64,000 nt of DNA from Longimicrobiales bacterium (GCA_041690395.1 JAWLHJ010000005.1:384001-448000), one strand, 5' to 3'; shown: positions 18,912-29,392, counted from the first letter of the stretch. A program made the numbers and translations. Notes: generated by a model not told the origin, from the sequence alone.

Positions 18912-19445
18912 GTGCCCAGGACAAACCATCTCACGATCCGCCTTGGGACCGTCGCGGATGCCGAGGAGGTCGAGGCCGTTCACTGGGCTGGCCTCGAGGG
19001 GGCGTACCTGGGACGCGTGCCGGGTTGGCCCGAGGAGCCGCGCGTGGTCCCTCACCGTGTCGCGCGTTGGACAAACTGGCTCGCGAATCCGAGCATCGAC
19101 ACCGTGGTGGGCGAGTCTCACGGGAGTCTCGTAGGGTTCTCCACGCTGCGGCCCTGCACCGAACCGGACCTGGATGACACCCGTTATGGTGAGATGCCCA
19201 CGCTCTACGTTCATCCCAGATACTGGCGTCTGGGCTACGGCCGCCGACTCTGCCTGGAAACGCTACAACGGGCGGAGGTGAGAGGCTTTTCGTCGGTCGT
19301 ACTTTGGGTCGTCGACGTGAACGAGCGAGCTCGCCGCTTTTACGAGAGTCTGGGCTTCAGATTCGACGGGACCAGCCGGCCCGTCGAAGAGTCGAAGGCC
19401 TCGTTGACCGCCCATCGATACTTCATCGAGATGAAGGGCACGTGA
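18912..19445 (+). CDS. GNAT acetyltransferase
   Basis: LYVHPRYWRLGYG; LWV...NERARRFYESLGF. Confidence 0.9.
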   Translation: MPRTNHLTIRLGTVADAEEVEAVHWAGLEGAYLGRVPGWPEEPRVVPHRVARWTNWLANPSIDTVVGESHGSLVGFSTLRPCTEPDLDDTRYGEMPTLYVHPRYWRLGYGRRLCLETLQRAEVRGFSSVVLWVVDVNERARRFYESLGFRFDGTSRPVEESKASLTAHRYFIEMKGT

Positions 19446-19481
19446 CGCACCTCATGAGACCCGGAGCATCATGGCACGGCA

Positions 19482-19529
19482 GATGAGCTGGCTCGTGGGA
19501 AAGCCATGGAGAAGATCCTGAGGAAGTAG
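19482..19529 (+). pseudogene. Remnant C-terminus of a DUF2200-like gene
   Basis: Translates DELARGKAMEKILRK*, matching the recalled DUF2200 C-terminus; the upstream part is missing. Confidence 0.55.
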
Positions 19530-19588
19530 GGTCCTGCCAGCCCTGTCGCGGGGGCTGGCCGAGCCTACGCTGGATGCGCGGTCGTCCG

Positions 19589-20542
19589 CTACTGAGGGAC
19601 GCTCACCTCGCCGGCCGACAACCGGATCGCGCGGCCGTCCACTTCGATGATGCCCATCAAGTGGTACCGGCCGGGCCCCGCGATGCCCGCCACCTGCTCG
19701 GGGTCGAGTCGACGCTCGAAGCTGCGTGACTCTCCCGGGTTCAGGGTCACGGATTCATCTCCGGGAGGGCAGCTCTCCGGCCACGACCAGACCGGCTCGG
19801 GGACCGGAATGGTCGTCACCTCCGTGGCCTCCCGGAACGCGAGCAGACGCACGGGACACTCCGACACGAGCTCCCTCTCCAACGCCCTGGTGAGGGAGCT
19901 GGCCGAGTACGCGACATGCAGCTTCACGATGGCCTCATCGGTGCTCCCCGCGCCGATATCCTCGATCTCGACCTCGTATCGGAATCCGTCGCGATGCGCC
20001 ACACGATCCGGGAGTGGGTGGCGGCTTGTCGGCACTGTTATGGTTCCGAAATCGAGATGTACGGGGCCCGGATCCACGCCGAGGGTTGCCCGGAAGTCGT
20101 ACGAGCCGGCCGGAAGCGAGTCGGCGAGGATCCCGGCCAGGGGCTGCGTCGTCGCCAGGATGCTGAGGGTGTCCCCGGGTCCGATGTGGTAGGAGTTATC
20201 CGCCAACGTGCACGCGATATGGGTGCTCATTGGCCAGGACGTGTGGGTCGGGCTTCGCCAAACCGGAAGCTCCGCAGCATCCGTGGCGAAGGCTTCGAGG
20301 TGGAAGTCACAAAGCGAGAAGCCGGTAGTCGTTGATTCGCTACCGGTATTGACGATCCCGATCTCCGCAATCAGGTAGGCGATCGGAATCGGCGACCAGT
20401 CCACGTCCTCCTGAATGACCTCGAAGCGCTCGACCACGTACTCGAGTGCTCGGTCGGAGTCCGGTCCGAAGATGCCATCGCAGCCGGACAGCCAAGTCGC
20501 GACGGCCAGAACGAGTGCATAGGTTCGGATGTGGCGTGACAT
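19589..20542 (-). CDS. Lipoprotein, hypothetical
   Basis: Lipobox WLSGC; two Ig-like, Cys-containing halves. Confidence 0.7.
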   Translation of the reverse strand: MSRHIRTYALVLAVATWLSGCDGIFGPDSDRALEYVVERFEVIQEDVDWSPIPIAYLIAEIGIVNTGSESTTTGFSLCDFHLEAFATDAAELPVWRSPTHTSWPMSTHIACTLADNSYHIGPGDTLSILATTQPLAGILADSLPAGSYDFRATLGVDPGPVHLDFGTITVPTSRHPLPDRVAHRDGFRYEVEIEDIGAGSTDEAIVKLHVAYSASSLTRALERELVSECPVRLLAFREATEVTTIPVPEPVWSWPESCPPGDESVTLNPGESRSFERRLDPEQVAGIAGPGRYHLMGIIEVDGRAIRLSAGEVSVPQ

Positions 20543-20654
20543 GGCTTCGTGAGGATGGTGGCGTCGGGATGCGTAGCTTCAACCTGGAACGAGCCGGTGG
20601 CCGTGGATATGACGGGCAGCCGGGACTCGCTCGTCGAGAGCTTCGGCTGTCGTC

Positions 20655-21405
20655 GTGAGGAAGCTGGTGATTGCGTCTACGATGCTGGCGATGGCGTGCG
20701 CCGGCGGACGGGCCGCCGCGCCCGCGTCGAACGCATCACCGGGCGATCTTGGACTTAAGGTCCCTTAAGGTCCGGCAGGCCCGGATACCGACCGAGATGG
20801 CGTTTCCGATCGCTGCGAGCTCGAGCTGGCCGCTGCGTTCGCTCCCAGCCTCAGGGTGGCCCCGGGCGGATGCAACTGGGATACGTCGGTCGCCCCCGCC
20901 CGGTTGGGCGGCGAATACCTGTTTGCCGTCCAGAGCACGGGCGCAGATCGTGCGCGCGTCGCGTACCTTCCCCGCCCATTGCTTCGGTTCGGGTGACGAC
21001 TGCCGCTGGTATGAAGGGGCTGAGGTGGAGCGGTTTACCTGGGTCGATGGCTCGGTAGGTGGCGCGCCGATCGTCTGGGTGTCCGAGGGTCGGCAGGCCA
21101 ACTACCCGAGCCGTTCGGCCTGCGACGGAGGGCACTCGTCGATCGATACCTGTGACCGGAACGACGTGGAGTATCGATACCCGATCCGAGACGAGCGGCA
21201 GAACATTGGATCGCGGAGCGTGCCCATCGGCTCGGACGGCTGCGTCACGGCCTGGGCCGTGGGCTCGAACAGCTCGATGCCGGCACCGGATGCAGAGGAG
21301 TGCTTCTGGACCGCCGACGTCCTTTTCGGCGGGTGGCAGCGAGCGGGGAGGGGCGAAGGTGTGACGCCGTACGATCGGTACTTGGCCGAGATCGCGCGGT
21401 TCTGA
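20655..21405 (+). pseudogene. Disrupted Cys-rich lipoprotein
   Basis: GTG 20655 frame reads (M)RKLVIASTMLAMAC (lipobox) and hits in-frame TAA 20766-20768 inside a 10-bp tandem duplication. The same frame continues PDTDRDGVSDRCELELAAAFAP..VAYLP, then shifts +1 at CCCC 20970-20973 into AHCFG..GRQANYPS.. Confidence 0.65.
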
Positions 21406-21451
21406 CGACGTACGAAGTGGTCTGTGGGGGAATATCCAACCAGGAGTAGGC

Positions 21452-22000
21452 GTGGAACTGAAAGTCGATGAACAGCTCCTCCGCAGCGTACTCGGAGTCT
21501 TGCCGGAGTTCGTCGTGGTCGTCGACCGGGGGCGCTCCATACGATTCGTCAGTCGCGTCGCCCCCGAGTACGACCCTGCGGATTTCCTGGGGAAGAGCGC
21601 AGAAGAGACGCTCTTCCTGGAATCTCGGGATGTTCTGAGGCAGGCTCTGGATCTCGTCTTCGAGAGCGGAGAGGCGCAGAGCTACGAAGTGGAGGCTCTG
21701 CTTCCCGACGGGACCGTGGCCTGGTACCACGGCGAGGCCAAGCCTCTCGTGGAGAGCGGGGAAGTCGTCGGTGCCGTGATCCGCGTCGATGACATCACTG
21801 AGCTCAAGGACGTGCAGGAGGAGCTTGCCCAGATTCGCCGCCTCCTTCCGATGTGCGCATGGTGTGGCCGCATCCAGACCGAGGACGGCTCGTGGGAAGG
21901 CATCAGTGCCTACCTGAAAAGGGTGGAGGGCACCGACGTCTCCCATGGACTCTGTCCCGAGTGCGAGCGCGGCCAGTTGGAGCAGGCCGGGGGAACGTAG
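21452..22000 (+). CDS. PAS-domain protein with C-terminal Cys4 zinc-ribbon-like module
   Basis: PAS fold ending DITELK; LLPMCAWCGRI..SHGLCPEC. Confidence 0.85.
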   Translation: MELKVDEQLLRSVLGVLPEFVVVVDRGRSIRFVSRVAPEYDPADFLGKSAEETLFLESRDVLRQALDLVFESGEAQSYEVEALLPDGTVAWYHGEAKPLVESGEVVGAVIRVDDITELKDVQEELAQIRRLLPMCAWCGRIQTEDGSWEGISAYLKRVEGTDVSHGLCPECERGQLEQAGGT

Positions 22001-22106
22001 CGGGGAGACCGCGGCAGTTTCACCCGCCGGCGTGGCGATTCGGCTGGCCCCGGAAGCACTCGCGACGTAACGTGGAGTCAAGGAGCTTTCACAGGGGAGG
22101 TGTGGA

Positions 22107-22541
22107 ATGAACCGTAGCTGCTTGGGGATGGCTGCTTCCGTGTTGCTTGTCGGCTGTGCGACGACTCCTCCGGCCGTCGTGGAGACCGCGCCCGCTGGTG
22201 GTGATGCGATGACATGCGCCGCCGGCGTGCTTGCCGACAGGGGCTACGACGTGCGCGGAGCGGACCGGGCCGCGCTCACCCTCGAGGCGGAAGTGCGGCG
22301 AGATTATTCACCGATCGGGGCCGTTCGGGAGATCATCACCACCTCCCTCGATCCAGCATCGACGCCCGCGGCGCTCACGGTGGCGGCCCGCGCCTGGGAG
22401 TACCAGGCGGCGCAGCATAGCCTGCCGGTGAACCGACAGTCGATCACGGAGGTTCGTCCCTCCGGCGAGGTGGCCGCGGATGCGCGATTGGTTCTCGAGA
22501 CCTGCGGCCTTGGGAACGGCATGAGGGGCGCCGAGCGGTAG
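22107..22541 (+). CDS. Lipoprotein, hypothetical
   Basis: GGAGG RBS; lipobox LLVGC. Confidence 0.75.
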   Translation: MNRSCLGMAASVLLVGCATTPPAVVETAPAGGDAMTCAAGVLADRGYDVRGADRAALTLEAEVRRDYSPIGAVREIITTSLDPASTPAALTVAARAWEYQAAQHSLPVNRQSITEVRPSGEVAADARLVLETCGLGNGMRGAER

Positions 22542-22567
22542 CATGACGAAGTAGTTGGGCTCGGCTC

Positions 22568-23695
22568 GTGTTCGCGTGTAGGCCACGCGGTGGTGGTCGC
22601 CTCGGTGGTCGCCACGGGATCCTGATGCTTCTTCTAGCCAGTGCGGGCGTGCAGGCGCAGGAGACCGTGTCGGTCCCGGAGGAACCGGCATGCTCTTGCT
22701 GGCTCGAAGCAGAGCTCGTTGCGACCCTCGTGGACGACGATGGCCGAGCCGGGCTATCGAATCCGCTCGTTGTCGAACGGACTGCGGGCGGTCAATACCT
22801 TGTCGTGCCGGCCAACCGTCAGGGCGCGGTCCTCTTGTTCGATTCCCTGGGGACTTTCGTACGCCCGGTTGGCCGACCCGGGGACGGGCCGCAGGAGTTC
22901 CGAGGCGTGATCGCCATACAGCCGGGGTTGGGCGACAGCATCCTGATCATGGACGCAGGTGCGGGGCGGATCGCGGTACTCGATCCCAGACTCAGGGTCG
23001 CGCGAACCGCGCGTATCCCCGTTTTCAGCGCGTGGTTCGGCACGACCGAGGTGGGCGACATCGTGGTCCAGACCGCGATTCCTCGCGGGGCGGCGCAGGA
23101 TCGCATACGTGTCTTCGATACGGCCATGACACCCGTCCGCTCGTTCATGCCCAGCGATCCCGTTGGACCCCGTGCTCCCGTGGCGTCACTTCGCCGGCGC
23201 CTCACGGTCTCCATGGACGGTCAACTGGCCGTTGCTCACAACGACCGCTATGCGGTGGAGCTTTGGAGCCTGTCGGGTGAGCACATCAAGACGCTGACGC
23301 GAAGTCCCGATTGGTTCCAATCTGCAACGATGCCAGCAGACGCCCGGCAAGCTCCGCCGCCCCGGCTGGAGACGCCTCGCATCGATGCCGAGGGAAGGAT
23401 CTGGACGGTAGCGCACGTCCCGGACCCGGCATGGGAGGATGCGCTCGAGAATGTCAGAGACCGCTCCGGTCGGGCGGCTCCCGGACTTCGCGAGGGCGCC
23501 CAGAGCAGCCTATTGGACTCGGTGGTGGAGATCCTCGACCCCGAGACCGCGACGCTCCTCGCGTCCCTGCGCATCGATGCGCATGTCGTCTTCATTTCAC
23601 CCGACGGCTTCGCGGCCAGCTACCGGCAGGACGATCTTGGACAGCCATACATCGACATATGGAAGTTCACGTTGGTCTCGCCGGGTGTCCTTTGA
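22568..23695 (+). CDS. Secreted 6-bladed beta-propeller protein (start may be ~22625)
   Basis: FDSLGTFVRPVGRPGDGPQEF; IDAEGRIW. Confidence 0.8.
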   Translation: MFACRPRGGGRLGGRHGILMLLLASAGVQAQETVSVPEEPACSCWLEAELVATLVDDDGRAGLSNPLVVERTAGGQYLVVPANRQGAVLLFDSLGTFVRPVGRPGDGPQEFRGVIAIQPGLGDSILIMDAGAGRIAVLDPRLRVARTARIPVFSAWFGTTEVGDIVVQTAIPRGAAQDRIRVFDTAMTPVRSFMPSDPVGPRAPVASLRRRLTVSMDGQLAVAHNDRYAVELWSLSGEHIKTLTRSPDWFQSATMPADARQAPPPRLETPRIDAEGRIWTVAHVPDPAWEDALENVRDRSGRAAPGLREGAQSSLLDSVVEILDPETATLLASLRIDAHVVFISPDGFAASYRQDDLGQPYIDIWKFTLVSPGVL

Positions 23696-24602
23696 CCACA
23701 GGCTCCAGAATGCGAGATCCGGACCTGGATAGGTCTGCTCGGTTCTCCCCTGACCGGTAAACGTGCCGCAGTGCCCGGGTCAACGCCACCGGCACCACCG
23801 AGGTGTGCGACTCGCCTTCGGCGATGAAGGTGGCGAGGTCCAACGACGGGTAGCCCCGCTGCCGGAGCCGGGTGCTCAGCTCCCGGACGTTCGAGATCAT
23901 TCGGAATGAGGCCAGGGAGGGGATGTCGTCCCGCTCCTCCTCGGCGCCGACGGCCAGGAACAGCGTGGCTGGCAGGTCGTCAGGAGACTCGGCGACGGCG
24001 GCCTCCCGCTTCATCAGGACCTGGTCGTCCCACCACAGTGCGGGACTGACCGCAACGTACGCGTCGAACGCTTCGGGTCGTTCCAGCAACGCGTACAACG
24101 TGAACAGCCCACCGAGCGACGAGCCGAACAAGGTCGCGCCGCGGGCCGCGACGTCGTAGCGCTCTTCGATGAACGGCCTCACCTCCTCGGTCAGGAAAGC
24201 GAGGAACTCGCTGGCGCGTCCGAGTCTCCGGCCTTCGGGGAGGGTAGGCGCCGGCGCGCCCGGGAGTGATCCGTACAGGGCTTCCATCCGCGCATCGACC
24301 GAAGGAGTGAAGTCGCGGGCTCGTAGCTCGGCCTGTATGGCCGGGCTCTCGGTGTCGTATGCGATCCCGACGATGAGCAGCGGGGGAAGCTCCCCGTAGA
24401 GCTGGCTCATGAGTCGCGTCATCTCGACGGCCGTGCCGAAGAAGAGGTTCGCGTCGAGAACGTAGAGGACCTGTCGCGGCCCCGGTGCCATGGGCATCAC
24501 CCCGGCCATGGGTGTGGCGACCCAAAGCTGGAAGTCGGCGTCCGCATGGCGCGAACGCAGGTCGAACACTTCGGTCCGTGGGATCGTGACGGGCGTGGTC
24601 AT
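23667..24602 (-). CDS. IroE/BesA-like alpha/beta esterase
   Basis: VLYVLDAN, RARDFTP, GSSLGG, SPALWW, GESH. Confidence 0.88.
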   Translation of the reverse strand: MTTPVTIPRTEVFDLRSRHADADFQLWVATPMAGVMPMAPGPRQVLYVLDANLFFGTAVEMTRLMSQLYGELPPLLIVGIAYDTESPAIQAELRARDFTPSVDARMEALYGSLPGAPAPTLPEGRRLGRASEFLAFLTEEVRPFIEERYDVAARGATLFGSSLGGLFTLYALLERPEAFDAYVAVSPALWWDDQVLMKREAAVAESPDDLPATLFLAVGAEEERDDIPSLASFRMISNVRELSTRLRQRGYPSLDLATFIAEGESHTSVVPVALTRALRHVYRSGENRADLSRSGSRILEPVVKGHPARPT

Positions 24603-24728
24603 GGCGGGAGCCTCCTGGGCGGCGCGTGAGAGGAGACGCTACGGCCTCACGCAGCGTGAGGGTCAAGGGGCGCCGACGCAGGTGCCGCGCTGCGGATCAC
24701 TCGACGGATTGCGCTCCGTCACCCTATC

Positions 24729-25514
24729 GTGGTTCCGATGGTCGGTATTCCCGACGGACTCGGAGGGCATATGGTCGATTTTCTGGTGCCCGACTCCTGG
24801 GCATCATCGGACCTGTTGCCGGGACGCACCGTCTCTTGCCCGCGGACGTCCACGCTCGGACCGACCCCCGTTCAGGGATACGGAGTGCGGCTTGTGTCCG
24901 TCGGCCCGGCGAAGCTCGCCTCGGATCCCATCCGTGATGAGCGGACAGGTCGCGCCGCACCGCGGGTATGGCGCAGGACGGTGCGGCTCGGCAAGATCGA
25001 GTTCGACGTTCCGGACTCCCTCTTGTCGGAACTCCGGACCGGCGACCGGATTCGCGTTCACCTCGGGGAAGGGCGCGCGGCGGTGTCGCTGTTTCGGGAG
25101 GGTCGGGTGACGCTCGCCTATGGCGCGTTGGTGGGGGCCGACCTGGGCGATCTCGTACGGATCAAGGCCGGCTTCGACAGCCGTACGGACGATGCCAGCA
25201 CCATGCTCCTTCCCTGGATCATCGGTGGGGTGCCCGCGCCCCTGGACGACAGGTCCCTCATCATTGCCATCGGTGCGGACGTCGTTGGCGTAACCGCCAG
25301 TGGGTCGGGAAGGCACGACCGCTACGCTATCTGGGTGGGCAATCGCCCTGGCAACGACTCCGAGCGGCCGGAGTGCCTTGCTTTGACGCTTCGAGGAGTC
25401 GTCTCAGAAGGGACGGTGATCCGGGCCGCACAGATGCTGGATGTGATGGGGGTGCGCCGAACGGGCTCGCCCGCTATCGGTTCCTCTGGCCCGCCCCTAG
25501 ATTTCAAGGAGTAG
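24729..25514 (+). CDS. Hypothetical protein, possibly 5'-truncated
   Basis: 261-aa ORF filling the gap between genes; no recognised motif or RBS. Confidence 0.45.
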   Translation: MVPMVGIPDGLGGHMVDFLVPDSWASSDLLPGRTVSCPRTSTLGPTPVQGYGVRLVSVGPAKLASDPIRDERTGRAAPRVWRRTVRLGKIEFDVPDSLLSELRTGDRIRVHLGEGRAAVSLFREGRVTLAYGALVGADLGDLVRIKAGFDSRTDDASTMLLPWIIGGVPAPLDDRSLIIAIGADVVGVTASGSGRHDRYAIWVGNRPGNDSERPECLALTLRGVVSEGTVIRAAQMLDVMGVRRTGSPAIGSSGPPLDFKE

Positions 25515-25542
25515 GTAGGCGCCACCTTTCGAGGAGCGTGGG

Positions 25543-25968
25543 ATGCGACGGGTCCTGAAGTGGTCCGGTGTGGTTCTGGTGGTGTCCTTCGCGCTCATCC
25601 AGTTCTTTCCGGTGGACCGGTCCAACCCTCCCGTGGAGAGCGAGGTCCCCGCCTCACCAGAGGTCCGGGAAGTCCTTCGGCGAGCCTGTTACGACTGCCA
25701 TTCGAACGAGACCGTCTGGCCCTGGTACTCCCGGGTCGCCCCGGTATCGTGGCTGGTTGCCCGCGACGTACACGAAGGCCGGGAGCACCTCAACTTCTCG
25801 ACCTGGAATCGGCTCTCGACCCAGGACCAGGTCGAAGCCATGCACGAGAGTTGGGAAGAGGTGGCCGAGGGCGAGATGCCCCTGTGGTTCTACCTGCCGC
25901 CTCATCCCGAGGCTCGCCTGAGCGACCAGGATCGGGCATTGCTCAGGCGCTGGGCAGAAGCGTCATAG
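25543..25968 (+). CDS. Haem-binding domain (c-type) protein
   Basis: RRACYDCHSNET.WPWYS..PVSW; GEMP..Y...HPEA. Confidence 0.9.
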   Translation: MRRVLKWSGVVLVVSFALIQFFPVDRSNPPVESEVPASPEVREVLRRACYDCHSNETVWPWYSRVAPVSWLVARDVHEGREHLNFSTWNRLSTQDQVEAMHESWEEVAEGEMPLWFYLPPHPEARLSDQDRALLRRWAEAS

Positions 25969-25981
25969 AGGGGGGTTCATC

Positions 25982-26254
25982 ATGTCAGCCATGAAGCAGT
26001 TCACGGCCGCACAGGCACTCGAGATCGGCAACGCGCTCGGAATCGACTGGAGCAAGTTCGATGTCGAGCAGTTCCGCATGGGCCTCAACGTGGAGCTCGA
26101 GCACGGCCGTCAGGATCCAGCGACCGACGTGACCGGGGACGACCCCATGACCACGGGGAAGATCGCGTTGGCCCACCTGAACGAGTTCCCCGACTACTAC
26201 ACCAGGTTGGCTCGCATGGAGAGGGAGGCGGCCGGGGAGCAGGACCGTCCGTAG
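25982..26254 (+). CDS. DUF5661-like protein
   Basis: FRMGLNVELEHG..DVTGDDP..TGKIALAHLNEFPDYYTRL. Confidence 0.8.
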   Translation: MSAMKQFTAAQALEIGNALGIDWSKFDVEQFRMGLNVELEHGRQDPATDVTGDDPMTTGKIALAHLNEFPDYYTRLARMEREAAGEQDRP

Positions 26255-26282
26255 GTCGACCAATCCTTTTCACGAGGGCGGT

Positions 26283-26942
26283 ATGGACGCGAATGAGTCC
26301 GTTGTGACCTGGAGCGTGGGCTTCTGGGCGGCCGTCTTTTCTGCTCTCTTCAGCCTGCTCTACATCCTCTTTCAGCTGGCGGAATGGGTGGGACTACTCG
26401 GGTCGGCGGGCGGACCCGAGAGCGCGAGCACGCCGTTGGGCATCGCGCTCCTGCTCACACCCTCCGTGCTCCTGGCCCCGGCGTTCGTCGTCATGATGAT
26501 CGGTGTGCGCTACCTCGTGCCCGAACATCGCCAGATCTGGGCCCAGGCGGGTGTCGCGTTCGCGACGGTGTACGCGACCCTCATCGGCATCGTGTACTAC
26601 GTGCAGCTCACCCTGGTCATGCCGCGTATGCTGCAGGGCAGGACCGAGGATATCGAGGTCCTGCTGTTCCGGCCGTTCGACTCGTTCCTGTATTCCGTGG
26701 ATCTCCTCGGATACAGCTCCATGAGCCTAGCCACCCTGTTCGCGGCATTCGGCCTGGTTGGCGTCGGCTCGACCCGCACCGCTCGCCTGTTCCTGTTGGC
26801 GAACGGACTGCTCCTGCCCTTCCTACTCTTCCAGATCTACGTTCCTTCGCTCATCTGGATCGCAGCCCTCTGGGCCGTGACGTTCCCCGGGGCGGCGATC
26901 GCTCTGGCCATCGTGTTCCGGCGTAGGATGCGGCTCGCGTAG
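26283..26942 (+). CDS. Integral membrane protein
   Basis: About six hydrophobic segments. Confidence 0.8.
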   Translation: MDANESVVTWSVGFWAAVFSALFSLLYILFQLAEWVGLLGSAGGPESASTPLGIALLLTPSVLLAPAFVVMMIGVRYLVPEHRQIWAQAGVAFATVYATLIGIVYYVQLTLVMPRMLQGRTEDIEVLLFRPFDSFLYSVDLLGYSSMSLATLFAAFGLVGVGSTRTARLFLLANGLLLPFLLFQIYVPSLIWIAALWAVTFPGAAIALAIVFRRRMRLA

Positions 26943-27119
26943 CGTCAGGACCAGGTCCGCAACACCAGGGACGCACCGGCTCTCTGCACGAGCCCGCGCA
27001 GCGCCGCGCCCGCCCACCGGCTCCGACTCCGCCACCAACCGGAGGTCGGCGACCGGGAAGCTGGAAAGGCCCTCGGTCGAGGAGGTTCGGGCGCGGCAGT
27101 GCTACGCACGTTCAACGTC

Positions 27120-27608
27120 TCAGCGCGTGGGCGGGGCGAGATTGCCGCACGCGACGACCGTCCGGTCGTTCGCTGCCGAGGCGTGGACCACCGCCGAGTA
27201 GCGACCGGTCGTGGGGATCCGGGCATCGATCGTAGCCGTCGAGTTGGCGCGTCCGTCGGAGTCCACTTCGAGGGGCTCGTAGTCGTCTCGCGATCCGAAG
27301 GTCGTCGAGCTCGATGTCGAGCCACACTCCCCGCTGCGGACCTCCCAGGGATGAACGCCGCCCGGTGATGCGTTCGCGAGGTTGATCGTGATGACCGTGC
27401 GCGTGCTGTCGGCACTCGGAGCCATCGACACCGTGCCGGTCATCTGGACGACCCCGGCCATCGCCGCCGGTGAGGCGAGCGTGGCGTTCCACTGGGAACC
27501 CGCCGCCGCACCCGCGGTCCCCAGCTCCACGGCGCTACCTCCTCCGAAGGCACCGCAGGCGGCGGATGCGAGAACGAGAAACGGGACCGTGATACGGATG
27601 ACCGACAT
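27120..27608 (-). CDS. Lipoprotein with Cu/Zn-SOD-like fold (degenerate metal site)
   Basis: ASAAC lipobox; HPWEVRSGECG, VVHAS, VVACGNL. Confidence 0.65.
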   Translation of the reverse strand: MSVIRITVPFLVLASAACGAFGGGSAVELGTAGAAAGSQWNATLASPAAMAGVVQMTGTVSMAPSADSTRTVITINLANASPGGVHPWEVRSGECGSTSSSTTFGSRDDYEPLEVDSDGRANSTATIDARIPTTGRYSAVVHASAANDRTVVACGNLAPPTR

Positions 27609-27743
27609 ACGACCTCCACGATGTGAGCAGCGGCACTCTGCCTCTAAGCAGCGCAACGTCCGTGCCTGGGCGGAAACGGCGTAGTGACGGGGTTTTCGGG
27701 GCTACCTTAGGCATCCCTTCTGTCGCTCCGAGGCGACATGACG

Positions 27744-27947
27744 CTACCGGTCGACGACGAACGTCACCTTCATGGCCACGCGGAACGTCTTCACCTTCCC
27801 GTTCTCGACGAGCCCGGTCATCTCCTTGACCCAGATGCTCCTGACGTTCTTGACGGTCTTGGATGCGTCAGTGACGCCTTTGTTGACGGCGTCGTCGAAG
27901 GACGTGTCGGATTCGGCGATAACTTCGATCACTTTGGCGATGGACAT
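27744..27947 (-). CDS. Dodecin family protein
   Basis: MSIAKVIEVIAES..SFDDAV..ASKTVKN..FRV.MKVTF. Confidence 0.9.
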   Translation of the reverse strand: MSIAKVIEVIAESDTSFDDAVNKGVTDASKTVKNVRSIWVKEMTGLVENGKVKTFRVAMKVTFVVDR

Positions 27948-28050
27948 GCAGAGTGCTCCTGTCTTTTGAGATTGGGCCCGTGTGATGGGCCGGGATCGCC
28001 CCGGGGCGGCGCTTCGGCTCGTCCCGGGGCGGGTCGCTCATTCCCCCGGA

Positions 28051-28551
28051 CTACTCGACGGATACCGACCCGTCGGCGGCCTCGAGGACATCCTCGGCCG
28101 TCTCTTTCCGTGCGTCGCTCGAGCAATGGACGGCGACGAGGATTCGTCCGTCTTCGAGCTCGCTCGCGAAGAGCTTCGCCTCGTGCTCGGTCATCCCGGC
28201 GCCCGTCAGGCCGCCGATGATTCCGCCGACACCTGCGCCCGCTCCACCACCTGCGAGAATGGCGACCAGGGGCCCGGCGATGAGCAGCCCGCCCCCCGTG
28301 GCGATCGTACCGACCGCGGTGAGACCCGCGAGTAGAGCCCCGATCACGCCGCCGGCCGTCGCGCCGGCAGCGATCCCTTCGGGCATCTTGGACGAGTCCT
28401 TGATCTGGAAGTCCTTGCCCACCGAGTCGGACATCAGCAGGCTGATTTCGTTATCCCGGAACCCCTTTTCTTCCAGCATCTGAATGGCCCGGGTGGCGTC
28501 GACCCGAGTCTTGAATACTCCTGTCACCAGCGTTTCGTCTTTCGTGGTCAT
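28051..28551 (-). CDS. General stress protein (YflT/17M-like) with Gly-rich hairpin
   Basis: VTGVF..AI..L...GF..ISLL; GATAGGVIG..AGP; GRILVAVH. Confidence 0.75.
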   Translation of the reverse strand: MTTKDETLVTGVFKTRVDATRAIQMLEEKGFRDNEISLLMSDSVGKDFQIKDSSKMPEGIAAGATAGGVIGALLAGLTAVGTIATGGGLLIAGPLVAILAGGGAGAGVGGIIGGLTGAGMTEHEAKLFASELEDGRILVAVHCSSDARKETAEDVLEAADGSVSVE

Positions 28552-28765
28552 GTCTATTCTCCTGCCGAGTGTGTAATCCTGCCTGGTAGGAGAAAAAGGC
28601 AACTTCCATACCTCCCTCGAGGAGCGGGGCGGAGGCGCCGGAAACGACCGTATGAAGCCGTTTTCCCGTCGGCCGACAGGAGTAGGACCGCCTAGGAGTC
28701 GCGTCACGTGTCGCGGCCGTCGACCTCTCCTTATCTTGATCTCGTACCGTACAGGGAGGTCGGGA

Positions 28766-29392
28766 ATGGCAGAGAACGTCGGGGCGACTGTCGAGGTCCT
28801 GGGCGCCGCTGACACGGCCGATGTGGTCTCGGTCCTGTGTGAGACGTTCGCCGACGATCCGGTGATGGGCTTCGTGCTGGGCTCTCCCACGGGATTCGCG
28901 GCGCGTCTCGAGAAGCTCGTAACCTTCTTCGTGATGGCGCGTGTGCTGCGGGACGAGTTGGTCCTCGGAGTCCGGTCGTCTGAGGGACTCGAGGCCGCAG
29001 CCCTGGTGTCGTATCCCGGCGCCCGGCGTAGCCCACCGGAGCTCGGAGATCGTCGTGAAGAGCTCTGGGCCGAGCTCGGAGACCGGGCACGTGCCCGCTA
29101 CGAAGGCTTCGGTCGGGCAGCCGATCCGCTGACGGTGGCCCATCCACATCTCCACCTCAACATGATCGGGGTGAGGGCGGCGGCTCGGGGCACGGGATTG
29201 GGTCGCGCGGTCCTCGAGGCCGTGCATGATCTCTCCAAGCACGACTCGGGCTCGACAGGTGTCAGCCTGGTGACGAGCCGCGCCTCGAACGTCTCGCTCT
29301 ACCGGCACTTCGGCTACGACCTCCTGGGTCGGGCCGACCTCGAGGAAGGCTTCTCGGTGTGGGGCTTCTTTCGCCCGGACGGTGAGCGATGA
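28766..29392 (+). CDS. GNAT acetyltransferase
   Basis: HLHLNMIGV..ARGTGLG; NVSLYRHFGY. Confidence 0.88.
   Translation: MAENVGATVEVLGAADTADVVSVLCETFADDPVMGFVLGSPTGFAARLEKLVTFFVMARVLRDELVLGVRSSEGLEAAALVSYPGARRSPPELGDRREELWAELGDRARARYEGFGRAADPLTVAHPHLHLNMIGVRAAARGTGLGRAVLEAVHDLSKHDSGSTGVSLVTSRASNVSLYRHFGYDLLGRADLEEGFSVWGFFRPDGER

Noticed and set aside
20766..20768. In-frame stop as programmed recoding (Sec/Pyl)
   Set aside because: The codon is TAA, lies in a duplication, and is followed by a second lesion.
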